Shown here piece after piece: positions 1-13,339 of a DNA stretch of 64,000 nt (positions are counted from its first letter, which is position 1; the number at the start of each line of letters is the position of its first letter). Under the pieces are notes generated by a model. The model saw only the letters and a list, made by a program, of their open reading frames with translations, made no database searches and was not told where the DNA came from. This stretch comes from Eledone cirrhosa (taxonomy: Eukaryota). A program made the position numbers and the translations under genes. The stretch lies in assembly GCA_964016885.1 (NCBI GenBank), contig OZ024743.1:324198001-324262000 (forward strand), written 5' to 3'.

Positions 1-262
1 GTTAGTTTAGTAACCGGATGGTTGTTTAATTGTCATATGTAGACAATTATACAGTTACTAAACTAACTGAGGAATCGATGGATTACTTTAGCTAATAATC
101 AGACCGAAGTGGAACTGCATGTATTTTTAGAGGCAACCTGACCCTCCTAAAGTACAATAATATCTCTTTCAACAGACAATTTCACATCAAGAATCTCGCA
201 AAACAAATACAAAAACGATATATATATATATCATCATTTAACGGCCATTTTCCACACTAATG

Positions 263-294
<32 letters not shown>

Positions 295-317
295 TACATA
301 TATATATATATATATTT

Positions 318-435
318 GTGAAGGCCCATGGCTGAGTGGTAAGAGAATTGGATTCACAATCGTGAGGTTGTGAGTTTCATTCCTGGACCGGGTGATGCTT
401 TTTGAGCAAGACGCTTTATTTCACGTTGCTCCTTC
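318..435 (+). mobile_element. tRNA-derived CORE-type SINE, 5' fragment
   Basis: A-box-like TGGCTGAGTGGT and B-box-like GTGAGTTTCATTCC, followed by the TTGAGCAAGACGCTTTATTTCAC block shared with copies at 23.3k, 62.1k and 63.5k. Confidence 0.6.
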
Positions 436-525
436 TACCTAGAGTTGCGACTGAAAGAGAGTATTAACAATTTGACGAGAGCTGATCGACTGTTGATATA
501 TATATGTATGTCAATATATATATAT

Positions 526-688
526 CATCATCATCATCGTTGTTTAATGTCTATTTTCCATGCTAGCATGGATAGGACATAGTGTCTTGTTGTGAGACAT
601 CCAGGGTGGAGGACCGTATTTTGTTCACACAACTGATTTTAGCTTCGTTTCTACGGTTGGATGTTCTTCCTAATGCCAACCACGTTTA
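526..688 (-). mobile_element. RTE-type 3' tail fragment
   Basis: (CAT)n tail plus TTTCCATGCTAGCATGG and GATGTTCTTCCTAATGCCAACCAC, matching RTE 3' UTRs elsewhere in the window. Confidence 0.6.
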
Positions 689-844
689 TATATATATATA
701 TATACATATGCACACAGACACACTACACACACATATATATATACACATACATATGCACACACACACACACTACACACACACATATATATATATACACATA
801 CATATGCACAAACACACACACATATATATATACACATACATATG

Positions 845-892
<48 letters not shown>

Positions 893-923
893 CAGACACA
901 CACACATATATATATATATATAC

Positions 924-1784
924 GTACAGTAGCCAGAGTCAGAACGGGATAGAAAAAGTTCAGAAAGCTTATACCACTATTGGCCGCTAAAGGTTTCTCT
1001 CTAAAAATGAAAGGCAGGCTGTATGGTGCCTGCATACAAACAGCTATGTTATATGGCAGTGAGACATGGGCATTGTGTGCAGGAGACCTGTGTGGACAGG
1101 AAAGGAGCGAAGCATGCATCCTCCATTGGATGTGTAATAGTAATATACATGAACGGCAAAGCATAAATGAACTAAGTGAGAAATTAGGAATAAGAGGGAT
1201 CAGATGCTGTTTACTCGAGAGAAGACTACGTTGGTATGGTCACGTGATGCGCATGAAAGATGACAGCTGCATAAAAAAGTGTAGGGCGATCAAAATTGAT
1301 GGAAGTTACGGAGTAGGTAGACTCAGAAAAACCTGGGATGATTTGATAAATTCCAACCTTACACACTTACACCTCTCCAAGACAATGTCACTGGACCGAG
1401 ATCTTTGGTGCCATGCAGTAATACATTAGACCTGCCTTGCCTATGTACAAAACGAAACCTACAGTCAGTATCACCTCTTAACCAAATATACACCCCACCC
1501 CACTACCCCCTACTCCACCCTTCCACTCCCACCAAAATCACCCTTTCTCTGTAAAGTTATGTTGGTACCACAATATCCAGTCCTAAATAAATGAGGTTGT
1601 GTAGGTGTCACAACTAAAAACTCACAGTCCACACTGTAATGTGGCCGTGTAGGTAACACGGTAAAAACCTGCCAGACAGTCCTATACTAGCAAGACACGG
1701 TCACCTCACTAATCTTGCCTCAAGTGGGACAATTCCGTCTAAACCCATGCTAGCGTGGAAGATAGACGTTAAACGATGATGATG
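924..1784 (+). mobile_element. RTE-clade LINE, subfamily A, 5'-truncated and degenerate
   Basis: ORF 980-1429 ([26 protein letters not shown]), 3' UTR and (GAT)n tail; starts immediately after a (TA/CA)n array. Confidence 0.9.
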
Positions 1785-1817
1785 CACACACACACATACA
1801 CACATATATATATATAT

Positions 1818-2360
1818 ATGGAAGGAGCTCATAATATACAATACCCTTCTGATCCCAATAGATACTGAATATTACCTTCTGTGGATACTGACCATCTTTT
1901 GAAATGATTGAAGGTGGTTTATTTCGTTTTCTCAAAGTTCTTTTGTGCTCCACTTTGTTGTAAACAATCCATTTTTCATCACCTATGATCATTCTTTTCA
2001 AAATTTTGTTTTGTTTGAGCAGAGAATTGCAGATCAAAATGCATTCTATTAAATTTGTTCCTGTTAAATTATGAGCCCCCCCCCCCCCCCCCCCCCCCCA
2101 CACACACACACATCATAGCGATTCATGTATCCAAGTGTTTTCAAATACCTTGTAACCCCCATAAGAGATATGTGAAGCATCTCAAAAATGCATCTCATTT
2201 CAAGTAAATAATCTGCACAATATTCAGATAGAAAAATGCATTGAGGTCTCCTCTTTCAGAAAATATATATATATGTCATATGTTTCTGTCACATGATCAA
2301 CTAAATCACATGATTAAAACAACCAATAGAAAAACGCTACAAACTTTTGTTTCAACCCAA
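1818..2360 (-). mobile_element. mariner (Mos1-like) transposon remnant
   Basis: Translation LKRMIIGDEKWIVY...PQKVIFSIYWDQKGIVYYELLP matches the mariner catalytic region; TTGGGTTGAAACAAAAG TIR-like end at ~2360. Confidence 0.85.
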
Positions 2361-2594
2361 CAGATAGATATACATCTCTAGACAGACAGACATAGATAAT
2401 GAGACAGACAGACAGACATTTCTAGAAGTGAAGATTATCAAGTGTTATGTAGTAGTGTGTTAGAAAATAGAAGTAGAGAAGATAATGGGTGGGGTGGAGG
2501 TGAAATGGGGGGGCAGGACTATTGTTGTATTGAGACGAACAAGGAAGATCAATAATAACAAGCAATCAAACAGCGTGGAGTTGGTGCATGCTGG

Positions 2595-2940
2595 ATGAGA
2601 CAACAGCAGCAATAAAAGCAGCAACAGCAGCAATAACAGCAACAATAACAGCAACTACAGCAGCAACAATAATAGCATCAACAGCAGTAGCAGCATTGAC
2701 AACAACAGCAGCAAAAACAACAATAATAGCAGCAGCAATAACAGCAGCAATAACAAACAACAATAACAACAGCAACAGCAGCAGCAGCCACAACAAACAA
2801 CAACAATAACAATAACAACAACAATAATAGCAACATCAATAACAGCAGCAACAACAACAGCAGCAACAATAACAAATGCAGCAACAGCAGCAATGAACAG
2901 CATGAACAGCAACAGCAATAAAGTGTTGCAACAGCAACTG
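2595..2940. repeat. (CAG/CAA/AAT)n trinucleotide-type low-complexity repeat
   Basis: Seen directly. Confidence 0.9.
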
Positions 2941-3396
2941 CTGTGCTATCAACAGATGCTATATATTTGCTATGGTGGTGGTGGGGGTGAGAATGGCAGA
3001 TTTAATGAAATAAGGGTTTACAATGAAGACCCCCAAGGAGAACAAGCATTTTGAATTACACACATACATAAATATACACATACACTTACATATATACACA
3101 CACATGCACATATAGATGTACATATAGATATATTCACATACATACACACACATATATGTATCTTTGTTTCATCCTCTCAATCCACGCTCTGATTTAATCT
3201 GTTTAGATGTCCAAATATTTATCTAGTTGCCTTCACTATCAGTATAGCAATCTATTTTATCTGTGTGTACATACACACATACATACATACATACACAAAT
3301 ACACATACATACATACACAAATACACATACATATATTCATACATATATGCATGCATATATACACATACATAAATTCATACTCACATATATATATAC

Positions 3397-3431
<35 letters not shown>

Positions 3432-3650
3432 AATACAGGCATATATACATATATATGTATGTAGAAGTAATAACAAAAATAACAAAACAAATGGCACAGT
3501 ACATGGAAGAAATATATTAGTTTAACGCTGGAAATAGCAGGAAGAGAGTCTTAACGTTTCAGATACAAGTCCTTCATCAAGATACATGTGTGTATTCAGT
3601 TGGCCATCTTGGTGAATGGAAATACAGCGTAAAAGAGGTTAAAAAAGCTT

Positions 3651-4921
3651 TTTATACTCAAATATAAGTCAATCTGAATATAAACCGATCCCCTATTTTA
3701 TGTCTGAGAAATAGATAAAATCCAAACCCTGTTTATAAGTCCAGGCAAGTAATCAACATATGTTTAGATGAAACAGTTTTGAAATTCTCATTAGTGGAGT
3801 ATAAGAAGTTTTAATATTTCGATATTTTTAAATGTTCTAAGTGCTGTTTAGAGTATAGTTTTAATTCACAACTCCATTACATAATGATTGTTTACTTATT
3901 TCCGATCATTTTGAAGGACATATTCATTCAAAACATACCAAAACAATGGGAAATTGAATTTTACATCAAATTCATCTCCAATGTGAAACAGGTGTAATAT
4001 TTACCTCTGTAATATTCACCTCCAAAGTAAAACCAGTGTAATATTTACCTCCAAAGTAAAACCAGTGTAATATTTACCTCCAAAGTAAAACCAGTGTAAT
4101 ATTCACCTCCAAAGTAAAACCAGTGTAATATTCACCTCCAAAGTAAAACCAGTGTAATATTTACCTCTAAAGTAAAACCAGTGTAATATTTACCTCCAAA
4201 GTAAAACCAGTGTAATATTTACCTCTAAAGTAAAACCAGTGTAATATTTACCTCCAAAGTAAAACCAGTGTAATATTTACCTCTAAAGTAAAACCAGTGT
4301 AATATTTACCTCCAAAGTAAAACCAGTGTAATATTTACCTCCAAAGTAAAACCAGTGTAATATTCACCTCCAAAGTAAAACCAGTGTAATATTTACCTCC
4401 AAAGTAAAACCAGTGTAATATTTACCTCTAAAGTAAAACCAGTGTAATATTCACCTCCAAAGTAAAACCAGTGTAATATTTACCTCTAAAGTAAAACCAG
4501 TGTAATATTTACCTCCAAAGTAAAACCAGTGTAATATTTACCTCTAAAGTAAAACCAGTGTAATATTTACCTCCAAAGTAAAACCAGTGTAATATTCACC
4601 TCTAAAGTAAAACCAGTGTAATATTTACCTCTAAAGTAAAACCAGTGTAATATTTACCTCTAAAGTAAAACCAGTGTAATATTTACCTCCAAAGTAAAAC
4701 CAGTGTAATATTTACCTCCAAAGTAAAACCAGTGTAATATTTACCTCCAAAGTAAAACCAGTGTAATATTTACCTCCAAAGCAAAAATACTTTAGCACCT
4801 CATTTACGTAAATTTTGAAGTTGGTGAAAAAGGGCAAAATATTGTTCTTGAATATAAGTCGACCTCATTTTATTATCCATTTTTGTCACATATTTCTTGG
4901 CTTATATACAAGTATATAGTA
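3651..4921. mobile_element. non-autonomous pogo/Tigger-like DNA element
   Basis: Imperfect TIRs TATACTCAAATATAAGTCAA / TTGGCTTATATACAAGTATA, plus subterminal GAATATAAGTCGA-type repeats resembling TATACTCGAGTATAAGCCGA Tigger ends. Confidence 0.6.
3970..4785. repeat. 29-bp minisatellite (AAAGTAAAACCAGTGTAATATTYACCTCY), ~26 copies
   Basis: Near-identical head-to-tail units with no spacers. Confidence 0.97.
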
Positions 4922-5164
4922 ATTAGTAAAATCCCAATGGAGTGGGTCTTCTGTAGGGATTTTCCTAATTACTATACCAACTCATATATTGAGCACTACA
5001 TATATTGATTACTAACTTGATCAGTGGTCTTCCTTAGTCTATGTACTTCAAACCCTTCATATATATATTTAAGTAATACATTCAAACATTTGTATATGAA
5101 GGCTTGTTTAACAATGTTAAACTTGGTGTGTGTGTGTATCTATATATATAATGATTTCTTATAT

Positions 5165-5258
5165 ATAATTGTTTCTACTTTTAGCACAAGGCCAACAATT
5201 ACCCCAATGCATTACTGGTGCTTTATTTTATTGACCCCGTAAGGACGAAAGGCAAAAA
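5165..5258 (-). mobile_element. Nin/Deu-domain tRNA-SINE, 3' fragment
   Basis: Reverse complement of GCCTTTC.TCCTTACGGGGTC.ATAAAATAAAG.ACCAG...AAAAGTAGAAACAATT. Confidence 0.75.
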
Positions 5259-5277
5259 CTACACACTCACATACACA

Positions 5278-5630
5278 CATCATCATCATCACCGTTTAAT
5301 GTCCATTTTTCCACACTTGCATTGGTTAGACGAGTTGCCTGTTGTGAAACAAGCCAGGTTGGGTCTTGCTCATACAGAACTGGTTTTGATTTGGTTTCTA
5401 CAGCTTGATGCCCTTCCTAATACCAACCACATATATATTGTGTGCTAGGTGCTTTTTGTTGTGACACCTATATGTCCACTTTACAGTGTGGGCTGGGTGC
5501 TTTTTCTCATGGCACCTACATGACCACTTTACAGTGTGGGCTGGGCGCTTTTTTTCGTGGCACCTACATGACCACTTTACAGTGTGGCCTGGGCACTTTT
5601 TGTTGTGTCACGCACACAACCACTTTACAC
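5278..5630 (-). mobile_element. RTE-type 3' UTR fragment with an internal 48-bp unit repeated ~3.5 times
   Basis: (CAT)n tail, GATGCCCTTCCTAATACCAACC, and units starting at 5461, 5509, 5557 and 5605. Confidence 0.7.
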
Positions 5631-6888
5631 ACACACATACACAATCACTTTACACTCACACATAGGCACGCACATACACACTCACACATGCACAATATGT
5701 TTTTTATTTCAGTCATGTTTCTACAATAAGCAATTTACTTTCCAATCACAAGATCCTAGGTTCTATTCTAACCCTGCATTTGTTTTTGTAAACAGTTATT
5801 ACCCATATATTTCATCCTCTATGTTATTTGTACTATGTGATGAACATTTATGTAATTATATCCTAGAAATAAATTATCAAAATATCAGTTTATATTTAAT
5901 CACTTCCACATGTAATCAACATAAACTATAGAGTTTCTCTTATGCAAACAATTAATTCATGAAAATACAAATTTCTCAGTTTGTATGATAGCTCATATAT
6001 CCAGTAATCCTAGTATATATGGCATATCAATCCAAGACTCCAAAACTTAAATATGTTCAACGTTATAGCCATCATAGTTGATGGTATGGGTCTAATAGTA
6101 TTATAATAACTGTATAACTTTCTTGTCCGTCTGTCACACATGAGGCAACGATATGTTGCGAACATTCAAAATATTTTTTAATTAAGAATTTATGAAACAC
6201 GAATGTAAAACAAAAAATGAGAGGATGAAAACTTTCTATAATGTACTCTGTTTATAGCGTTGTTTATCTGTCTGCCATTATCTCTCTATCTATCTATCTG
6301 TCTGTCTAGACTTCTTTTACACTGTATGTCTTTCTCTCTGGCTGACTAATAACATGTGTTCCTTCACCTCTCGACTTTTTACTCTTGTCTCTTTCCATCT
6401 TCCAATAAAAGACTAGCATCTGAAATGTTAAGACTGTTTTCCAACTATATCAAGTGTTAAACAAATATTCCATTATTGTATTGCCATTGTCCACTTTTGT
6501 TGTTTTTTTCCTATTGACTTTTCTTGTTGCCAACTAATTGAGATATAAATTCTGGCTATAAATTCAAGATATATTTTATTTTGAATTTTTGCCACTTTTA
6601 GCACAGTCTAATAGCAAGTGATGTCATTCTTCCACATGTGACGTTACTGTTTGCTGCCAACTACCAAACTCTAGCAGTAATTCTTTAAGGCTCAGTCTGG
6701 ATAAATGGCTTCTCTCTCTGTAATTATTGAGTCCGCTGATGAAGTTTTTGCCATAGTCACTTGCACTGTACAACCACTGTATTCTGCAAGTTACAAATTG
6801 CACACTTATAAAAACCTCGGTGTCTGGACAACCATGTGCAACTGCCAAATTATGAATATACATTTTGTTAGCACTCGAGCAATCGAGA

Positions 6889-8608
6889 CTGATGGACCAG
6901 GTCATGAAAGTAACGGAAAGAGTTATAGTACAGTTGATTAGGGACCGGGTAAAACTAGATGTGATGCAATTTGGGTTTGTACCAGGAAAAGGCACCACTG
7001 ATGCCCTCTTCCTTGTGAGGCAGTTACAGGAAGAGTACCTAGCTAAAAGTAAGCTGCTCTACCTAACATTCGTCGATCTGGAGAAAGCCTTCGACAGAGT
7101 CTCCCGTGCTATAATCTGGTGGGCTCTTAAAAAATTAGGAGTAGATGAATGGCTTGTGAAAGCTGTACAAGCCATGAATAGGGGAGCAGTCAGCAAAGTT
7201 AGGGTTAGCAATGACTATAGCGAGGAATTTAGCATACAGGTCGGTGTCCACCAGGGCTCTGTTCTTAGCCCTCTCCTGTTCATTATAGTTTTGCAGGCAA
7301 TAATGGAGAAGTTTAAGACCGGATGCCCATGGGAATTACTATATGCGGATGATCTCGCACTTATAGCTGAATCTATGGTGGAACTAGAGAAGAAATTCCA
7401 AACATGGAAGCAGGGACTAGAAAGAAAGGGTCTCAAAGTCAACCTGACAAAGACGAAGGTTCTTGTAAGTAGATGAGAAAACAGAACCCAGATCCCCTCA
7501 GGGAAATGGCCTTGCTCAGTATGTAGGAAAGGTGTAGGTAGGAACTCCATCCTCTTCCCCAAATGCAAACAATGGGTACACAAGAGATTTAGTGGGATCT
7601 CAAGAAGCTTAACTAAGAATGTAGGCTTCATATGTAGCAGCTGCGCTGGGACAGCAAGCAGCAAACAGCCACAGGAAACAAGCACCACCAAACTCTAGGA
7701 GGGCTCTGTAGAAACAGTAGACAGCTTCTGCTACTTAGGTGACCAAATTAGCAGTGGAGGTGGGTGTTCAGAAAGTACAATAACTAGGGTAAGAACGGGA
7801 TGGAAGAAGTTCAGGGAGCTACTGCCACTGTTAGCTGCAAAAGGCTTTTCCCTCAAAATGAAAGGCAGACTGTATGATGCGTGTATACGAACAGCAATGT
7901 TACATGGTAGTGAGACCTGGTCGCTGAAGGTGGAAGACTTGCGTATATTAGAAAGAAACGAAGCCTGTATGCTCCGATAGATGTGTAATAGTAATATACG
8001 CGAACGGCAAAGCATAAACGAACTGAGAGAGACCGAGCATAAGAGGAGTCAAATGCTGTGCAGGAGAGGAGGTTGCGTTCGTATGGACATGTGATGCATA
8101 TGAAGGATGACAGCTGCATAAAAAGGTGCAGAACACTAGAAGTCGATGGAAGCCGTGGAGTGGGGAGACCCAAGAAGACCTGGGATGAGGTGATAAAAGC
8201 CGACCTTACCCAATGGCACCTCTCAACGGCGATGACACACGACCGTGACCTCTGGCATCACGCAGTAATACAGAAAACCTGACTCCCCACAGATACAAGG
8301 CAAAACTTGAGCAATTAGACAATATGCCCCCCACCCCTTCCCACTGCAAAGTGGTCGTGGAGGTGCCACGGCAAAAAAGCACCCAACCCACACTGTAAAG
8401 TGGACATGTAGGCACCACAGAAAAAAAGCACCCAGCACTCACTTCAAATGAGGTTGGTGTTAGGAAGGGCATCCAGCTGTTGAAATCAAACCAGAATCAG
8501 TTCCTGTATGAGCAAGACAAGGTCAGCCGACTGGACACTGCCCGCAACAAGACAACCCGTCTAACCCATGCTAGCATGGAAGAACGGACGTAAAACGCTG
8601 ATGATGAT
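6889..8608 (+). mobile_element. RTE-clade LINE, subfamily B, 5'-truncated pseudogenised RT
   Basis: [21 protein letters not shown] and LLYADD motifs; stops near 7474, 7695 and 7978 and a frameshift near 8030; 3' UTR and (GAT)n tail. Confidence 0.95.
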
Positions 8609-8688
8609 ATTCCCTATAACCTCGTCAATGTGTGTATGTACACATATACATATCATTATAATTGTCATTTTACATGTTTTCTCTGCAG

Positions 8689-8780
8689 GCTCATTCTACA
8701 AACAGTTTTGTGACAATTTGGTAAAACAGAGTCTTAGGTTTATAGAGAAGAGGAAAGAAGGCTTACAAGATTTTCTCAAG
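8689..8780 (+). CDS. candidate host exon, PX-domain (sorting nexin-like) segment
   Basis: Acceptor TTTTCTCTGCAG, donor AAG|GTCATT (weak). Translation SFYKQFCDNLVKQSLRFIEKRKEGLQDFLK resembles the PX motif FIExRRxGLxxFL. Confidence 0.4.
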
Positions 8781-9504
8781 GTCATTAATAAAGTAACACA
8801 AGTGAAATAGCTACAAATATGAATGAAAAGTGGATATTATGGATTTATTGGAAGGAAATCTTGGCTTTTACAGCATTTACCAGAATATACTACTATATCA
8901 TATATATATATCATCATTTTATGTCCATTTTCCATGCTTACAGGGATTGAACAGATTGTGATATGCTTATGCATTTCATAGTACCCATGTCTGAATGCCC
9001 TTCTAACATCAACCATTTTACAGAGGCTACTGGGTGCATTTTATCACAGCACCTGCACTAGAAAGGCCATTATATTCTCAGTAGGATTAAAAGGGTCACC
9101 GTAACCCTACACTGTCACTATTTGAGCACTAAGAACTTTAAATGCATATTTAAACCACAGTGGTCTTCAATGATTGGGCTACATTATATTTTAATCATTT
9201 CAATATATCTATCTATGATGCAACAGGTAGCTGTAAGTGAACCAGGTAGCATTGCTTTGATCTAACCTCTTTTTATGTTATGTAGAATAACAACACACAC
9301 ATACACATTCACACAACCTTACACATGCACACACACATGCATGCGCACATAGACACATACATGTGCACAAACCTACATGCCTACACCTACATAGACAAAC
9401 ACACAATCTATAGCTTCCTTTAATGTTAGGTTTCTAGTTACAGTCTGTTTATACAGAGTTATTGTAGTGTTTTTGTCTTATTTTCTTTCCTTCTAGTTTA
9501 TCAA

Positions 9505-9900
9505 TATAGTGGGTGGGGCTGGTGGTGGTGGTGATGTTGGTGGTGATGATGTTGGTAATGTAGATGATAGTGATGGTGATGATGTTGGTAATGTAGATGA
9601 TAGTGATGGTGATGGTGATGATGTTGGTAATATAGGTGATAGTGATGGCTGTGATGATAGTAATGATAATGTTGGTGATGGTGCTGATGGTAATAATGGT
9701 TGTGATAATAGTGATAATGGTGGTGGTGATGGTGATGATGGTGATCATGTAAATGATGATGACTTTTTTTACTACATCACTATCAATATCATCATCACCC
9801 ATCTATCTCTACATCATCACCAACATCTCAACAAACACCACCATCTACATCTCCAATATGCCGCCGCCGCTGCAACCACCACCACCACCATCATCATCAT
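9505..9900. repeat. (GAT/GGT)n then (CAT/CAC)n low-complexity repeats
   Basis: Seen directly. Confidence 0.85.
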
Positions 9901-10044
9901 CTATATATATATCTCCAATACAACAACATCAAACAGTAGAAAATAATCAATATTCATTTTATAAAATTTCAAAAATCAAACAAATATACTGATTAAAAAA
10001 CAGTTTCATAGACATTTTGAAATGGAGCAACATTAAGATTGATG

Positions 10045-10825
10045 ATGGTGGTATAGAGTGGGTAGGGCTAGTGTGGGGAGCTGAGGGGAGTTAGTGAGGG
10101 GTAGATGGTGTAGGGGACCAGGGGGAGGTAGTGAGAGAGGAGGGAATAGGAAGAGATAGATAGGGTGGAGGTTGGAACAGAGGGGATATAGTGAAAGGAG
10201 AAGGGGTGGTGGATAGGGTGGAGGTTGGAGACAGGGTGGTGGTGAGAGGGGAGGGAGACGGGCAGGTGCATAGGGTGGAAGTTGGAGAGGGGGAAGTGGG
10301 GGGATAAGGGGGTAGGGGTGGTAGGGTGGGAAGGTGTGTGCACGCGTGTGCAAGAGGGGTGTGTGTGTGAAAGAAGTAGTGGAAAAGAGAGTTATTCAAA
10401 GAAATATAGAACAATAGAGATAGACACTAGAAGAGAGAGAGTGAGTAGAAATGAAAGAGTTATTCAGATAAAAATAGGGCAATAGGTAGAGATAGATGCT
10501 AGGAGAGAGAGAGAGAGAGGAGGGAGGGGTAAAAGGGGTTCTGAGAGAGAGAGGGAGACACAGAGGGAGGAGGTAGAGGGGAATCTGAGAGAGAGAGAGA
10601 GAGAAAGAGAGTTACACGGATATATAAAACTACAGATGGAGAGGAAAGACTAAGAGAAAGAAAGGAAGAGAATGAATAAGCAGTGAAAAGAGGGAGATGG
10701 GGTGAGAGGAATGAAACAGAGAGAGGGAGAAAGGAGAAGAGTGAAAGGAATGAAAGAGAGGAGAGAAAAGGGGGAGAGAGAGGGAGAAGGAGTGAGAGAG
10801 AAGGGGAGGGAAAAGAGAGGGAAAT
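10045..10825 (+). repeat. G-rich / GA-rich polypurine low-complexity tract
   Basis: Dense G3-G6 runs followed by (GA)n-rich sequence. Confidence 0.8.
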
Positions 10826-11009
10826 TTGGTTTTGACAAAGTCAAAAATGTTCAAACTGGGGATGATAGTGAAAAGCAAAAAGAAACAAATTGTAAAAGTA
10901 GATAATCAGATAAGAATATATCATCATCATCACCATATTCAACATCAACATGATCATCATCCAATGTCCATCCAGACACCAACTCATCCTTGATTTACAA
11001 GTATAATAT

Positions 11010-13226
11010 GTATCATCATCATCATCATCATCAACGTCCGTGTTCCACGCTTGCATGGGTTTGGACGGGGGTAGTCCCACTTGAGGCAAGAGTGATTGTC
11101 TTGCTCGCATAGGACTGTCTGGCAGGTTTTCTACAGTTGGATGCCCTTCCTAACACCAACCACATTTACAGTGTGGGTCTGGGAGGTTTTTACCGTGTTG
11201 CCTACACGGCCACATTACAGCGTGGACTGTGTGTTTTTTTGTCGTGACACCTACACGATCTCATTTGTTTCGGCCTGGATGGCGCGGCACCAACATAACT
11301 TTACATAGAATGGGGTGGTGTGGATGGGGTGGGGGTGGTGGGACGGGGTGTATTTTGTTAGAGATGCCTACTGGCTGGAGTAGGTTTTACTATATATTTA
11401 GGTAAGGCAGGTCTTCTCTGTTACTGAGTACCACCAAAGGTCTCGGTCCAGTGACATTGTCTTGGAGAGGTGTAAGTGTGTGATGTCTGAGTTTATCAGC
11501 TCGTCCCAGGTTTTTCTAGGTCTACCTATTCCGTGACTACCGTCTATCTTTATTGCCCTGCACTTTGTTATACAGCTATCGACTTTCATGCGCATCACGT
11601 GTCCATACCAACGTAGCCTTCTCTCGAGTAAACAACATCTGATCCCTCTTATCTCTAATTTTTTCCTTAGTCCGTTTATGCTTTGCCGTTCACGTATATT
11701 ACTGTTACACATCCAGCGGAGCATGCAAGCTTCGTTCCTCTCTAGTCTGCGTATATCCTCTGCACACAATGCCCAGGTCTCACTGCCATGCAACATTGCT
11801 GTTCGTATGCAGGCATCGTACAACCTGCCTTTCATTTTTAGGGAGAACCCTTTAGCAGCTAATAGTGGTATAAGCTCTCTGAACTTTTTCCAACCAGTTC
11901 TGACTCTAGCTACAGTACTTTCAGAGCACCCTCCCCCACTGCTGATTTTATTGCCCAGGTAACGGAAGCTGTCCACTATTTCTATAGAACCCTCTGCACA
12001 ATTGAAAGAGCTAGTATTTTGTGGGCACTTGCTGCTACTTATTGCACCAGAACACCGGCCACATGTAAAATCTATGTTCTTAGTTAGCTTACCTGTGATC
12101 CCACTACATCTTTTATGTACCCATACTTTGCATTTAGGACATAAAATGGAGTTTCTACCTACGCCTTTCCTACACACCGAGCACGACCATTTCCCAGAAG
12201 GGACCGCCGCCTTGTTTTCTTTCCTACAAACTAGAACTTTGGTCTTAGCCAGGTTAATTTTAAGTCCTTTTGACTCTAGGCCGTGCTTCCATGTTTGGAA
12301 TTTCTTCTCTAGCTCGGCCATTGATTCCGCTATGAGTGTCAGGTCGTCTGCGTATAGGAGTTCCCATGGGCAGCCTGTCTTGAACTCCTCTGTTATAGCC
12401 TGAAGGGCAATAATAAATAGTAGGGGACTGAGAACAGAGCCCTGATGGACGCCAACTTTTACGCTAAACTCTTCACTATATTCGTTGTTAATTCTAACCT
12501 TGCTGACTGTTTCTTTATACATGGCTTGTATAGCCCTCACAAGCCATTCGTCAACGCCTAGTTTTCTAAGAGCCCACCAGATAATGGAGCGGGGGACTCT
12601 GTCGAAGGCTTTCTCCAAGTCGACAAAAGCTAAGTAGAGGGGTTTACCTTTAGCTAGGAACTTCTCCTGTAGTTGTCGTACTATGAAAAGAGCGTCTGTG
12701 GTACTTTTGCCTGACACAAACCCGAACTGCATTTCATCTAGGTCAATTCTCTCTCTGATTAGTTGCGCTATTACTTTTTCCGTGACCTTCATGACCTGGT
12801 CGATTAATTTAATGCCTCTATAGTTACTCCTATCTAGGGCGTCTCCTTTACCCTTATAACAGTTAATGATGATGCTGCTATGCCAGTCCTTCGGAACAAC
12901 CCCATTCTGTACGACTTGGTTAACTATGCAAGTGACCATGGTGTGTCCCACCGTGCCAGATGCCTTCAGCATCTCAGCAACTATTTCCGAAGGCCCAGCC
13001 GCCTTACCCGTCTTCATATCCTTGATTGCCTTACTTATTATACTCCCCTCGACTAACACTGCTGGTCCCTCTATTGGGTCGATATGGGGGAGACTGTCTT
13101 TCTTCCATTTATTCTCCTCATTTAGTAACCTTTCATAGTGACACTTCCAAGCTACCTTCTTATCAGCGTCGGTGATGGCAAGTATGCCATCATCGTTAAG
13201 TACACACTTCTCCCCGACAATATCAC

Positions 13227-13227
<1 letters not shown>
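11010..13227 (-). mobile_element. RTE-clade LINE, subfamily A, 5'-truncated, open RT ORF (11398-13227)
   Basis: Uninterrupted frame from RDIVGEKCV through YKGKGD, NYRGIKL, DLEKAFD, QGSVLSP, YADD, a C4HC3 finger and RLRWYGH; (GAT)n tail; no APE endonuclease present. Confidence 0.97.
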
Positions 13228-13267
<40 letters not shown>

Positions 13268-13339
13268 GAGATTATATTTAATTTAAAAATTTAAAATTTT
13301 TTATAACTGATATAAAGCACTCAACAGATTAGTGGAGTA

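Noticed and set aside
3970-4785. CRISPR-like array (29-bp repeats)
   Set aside because: Units are contiguous with no unique spacers, there are no cas genes, and the context is eukaryotic
10045-10335. Functional G-quadruplex or promoter
   Set aside because: G-runs are present but indistinguishable from the surrounding low-complexity polypurine DNA
11588-13138. Antisense ORFs over RTE copies
   Set aside because: Shadow frames of the RT coding strand, recurring only because the element recurs
11398-13227. Autonomous LINE or bacterial-type RT system (retron, DGR)
   Set aside because: Clear RTE-clade motifs and tail; truncated before the APE domain
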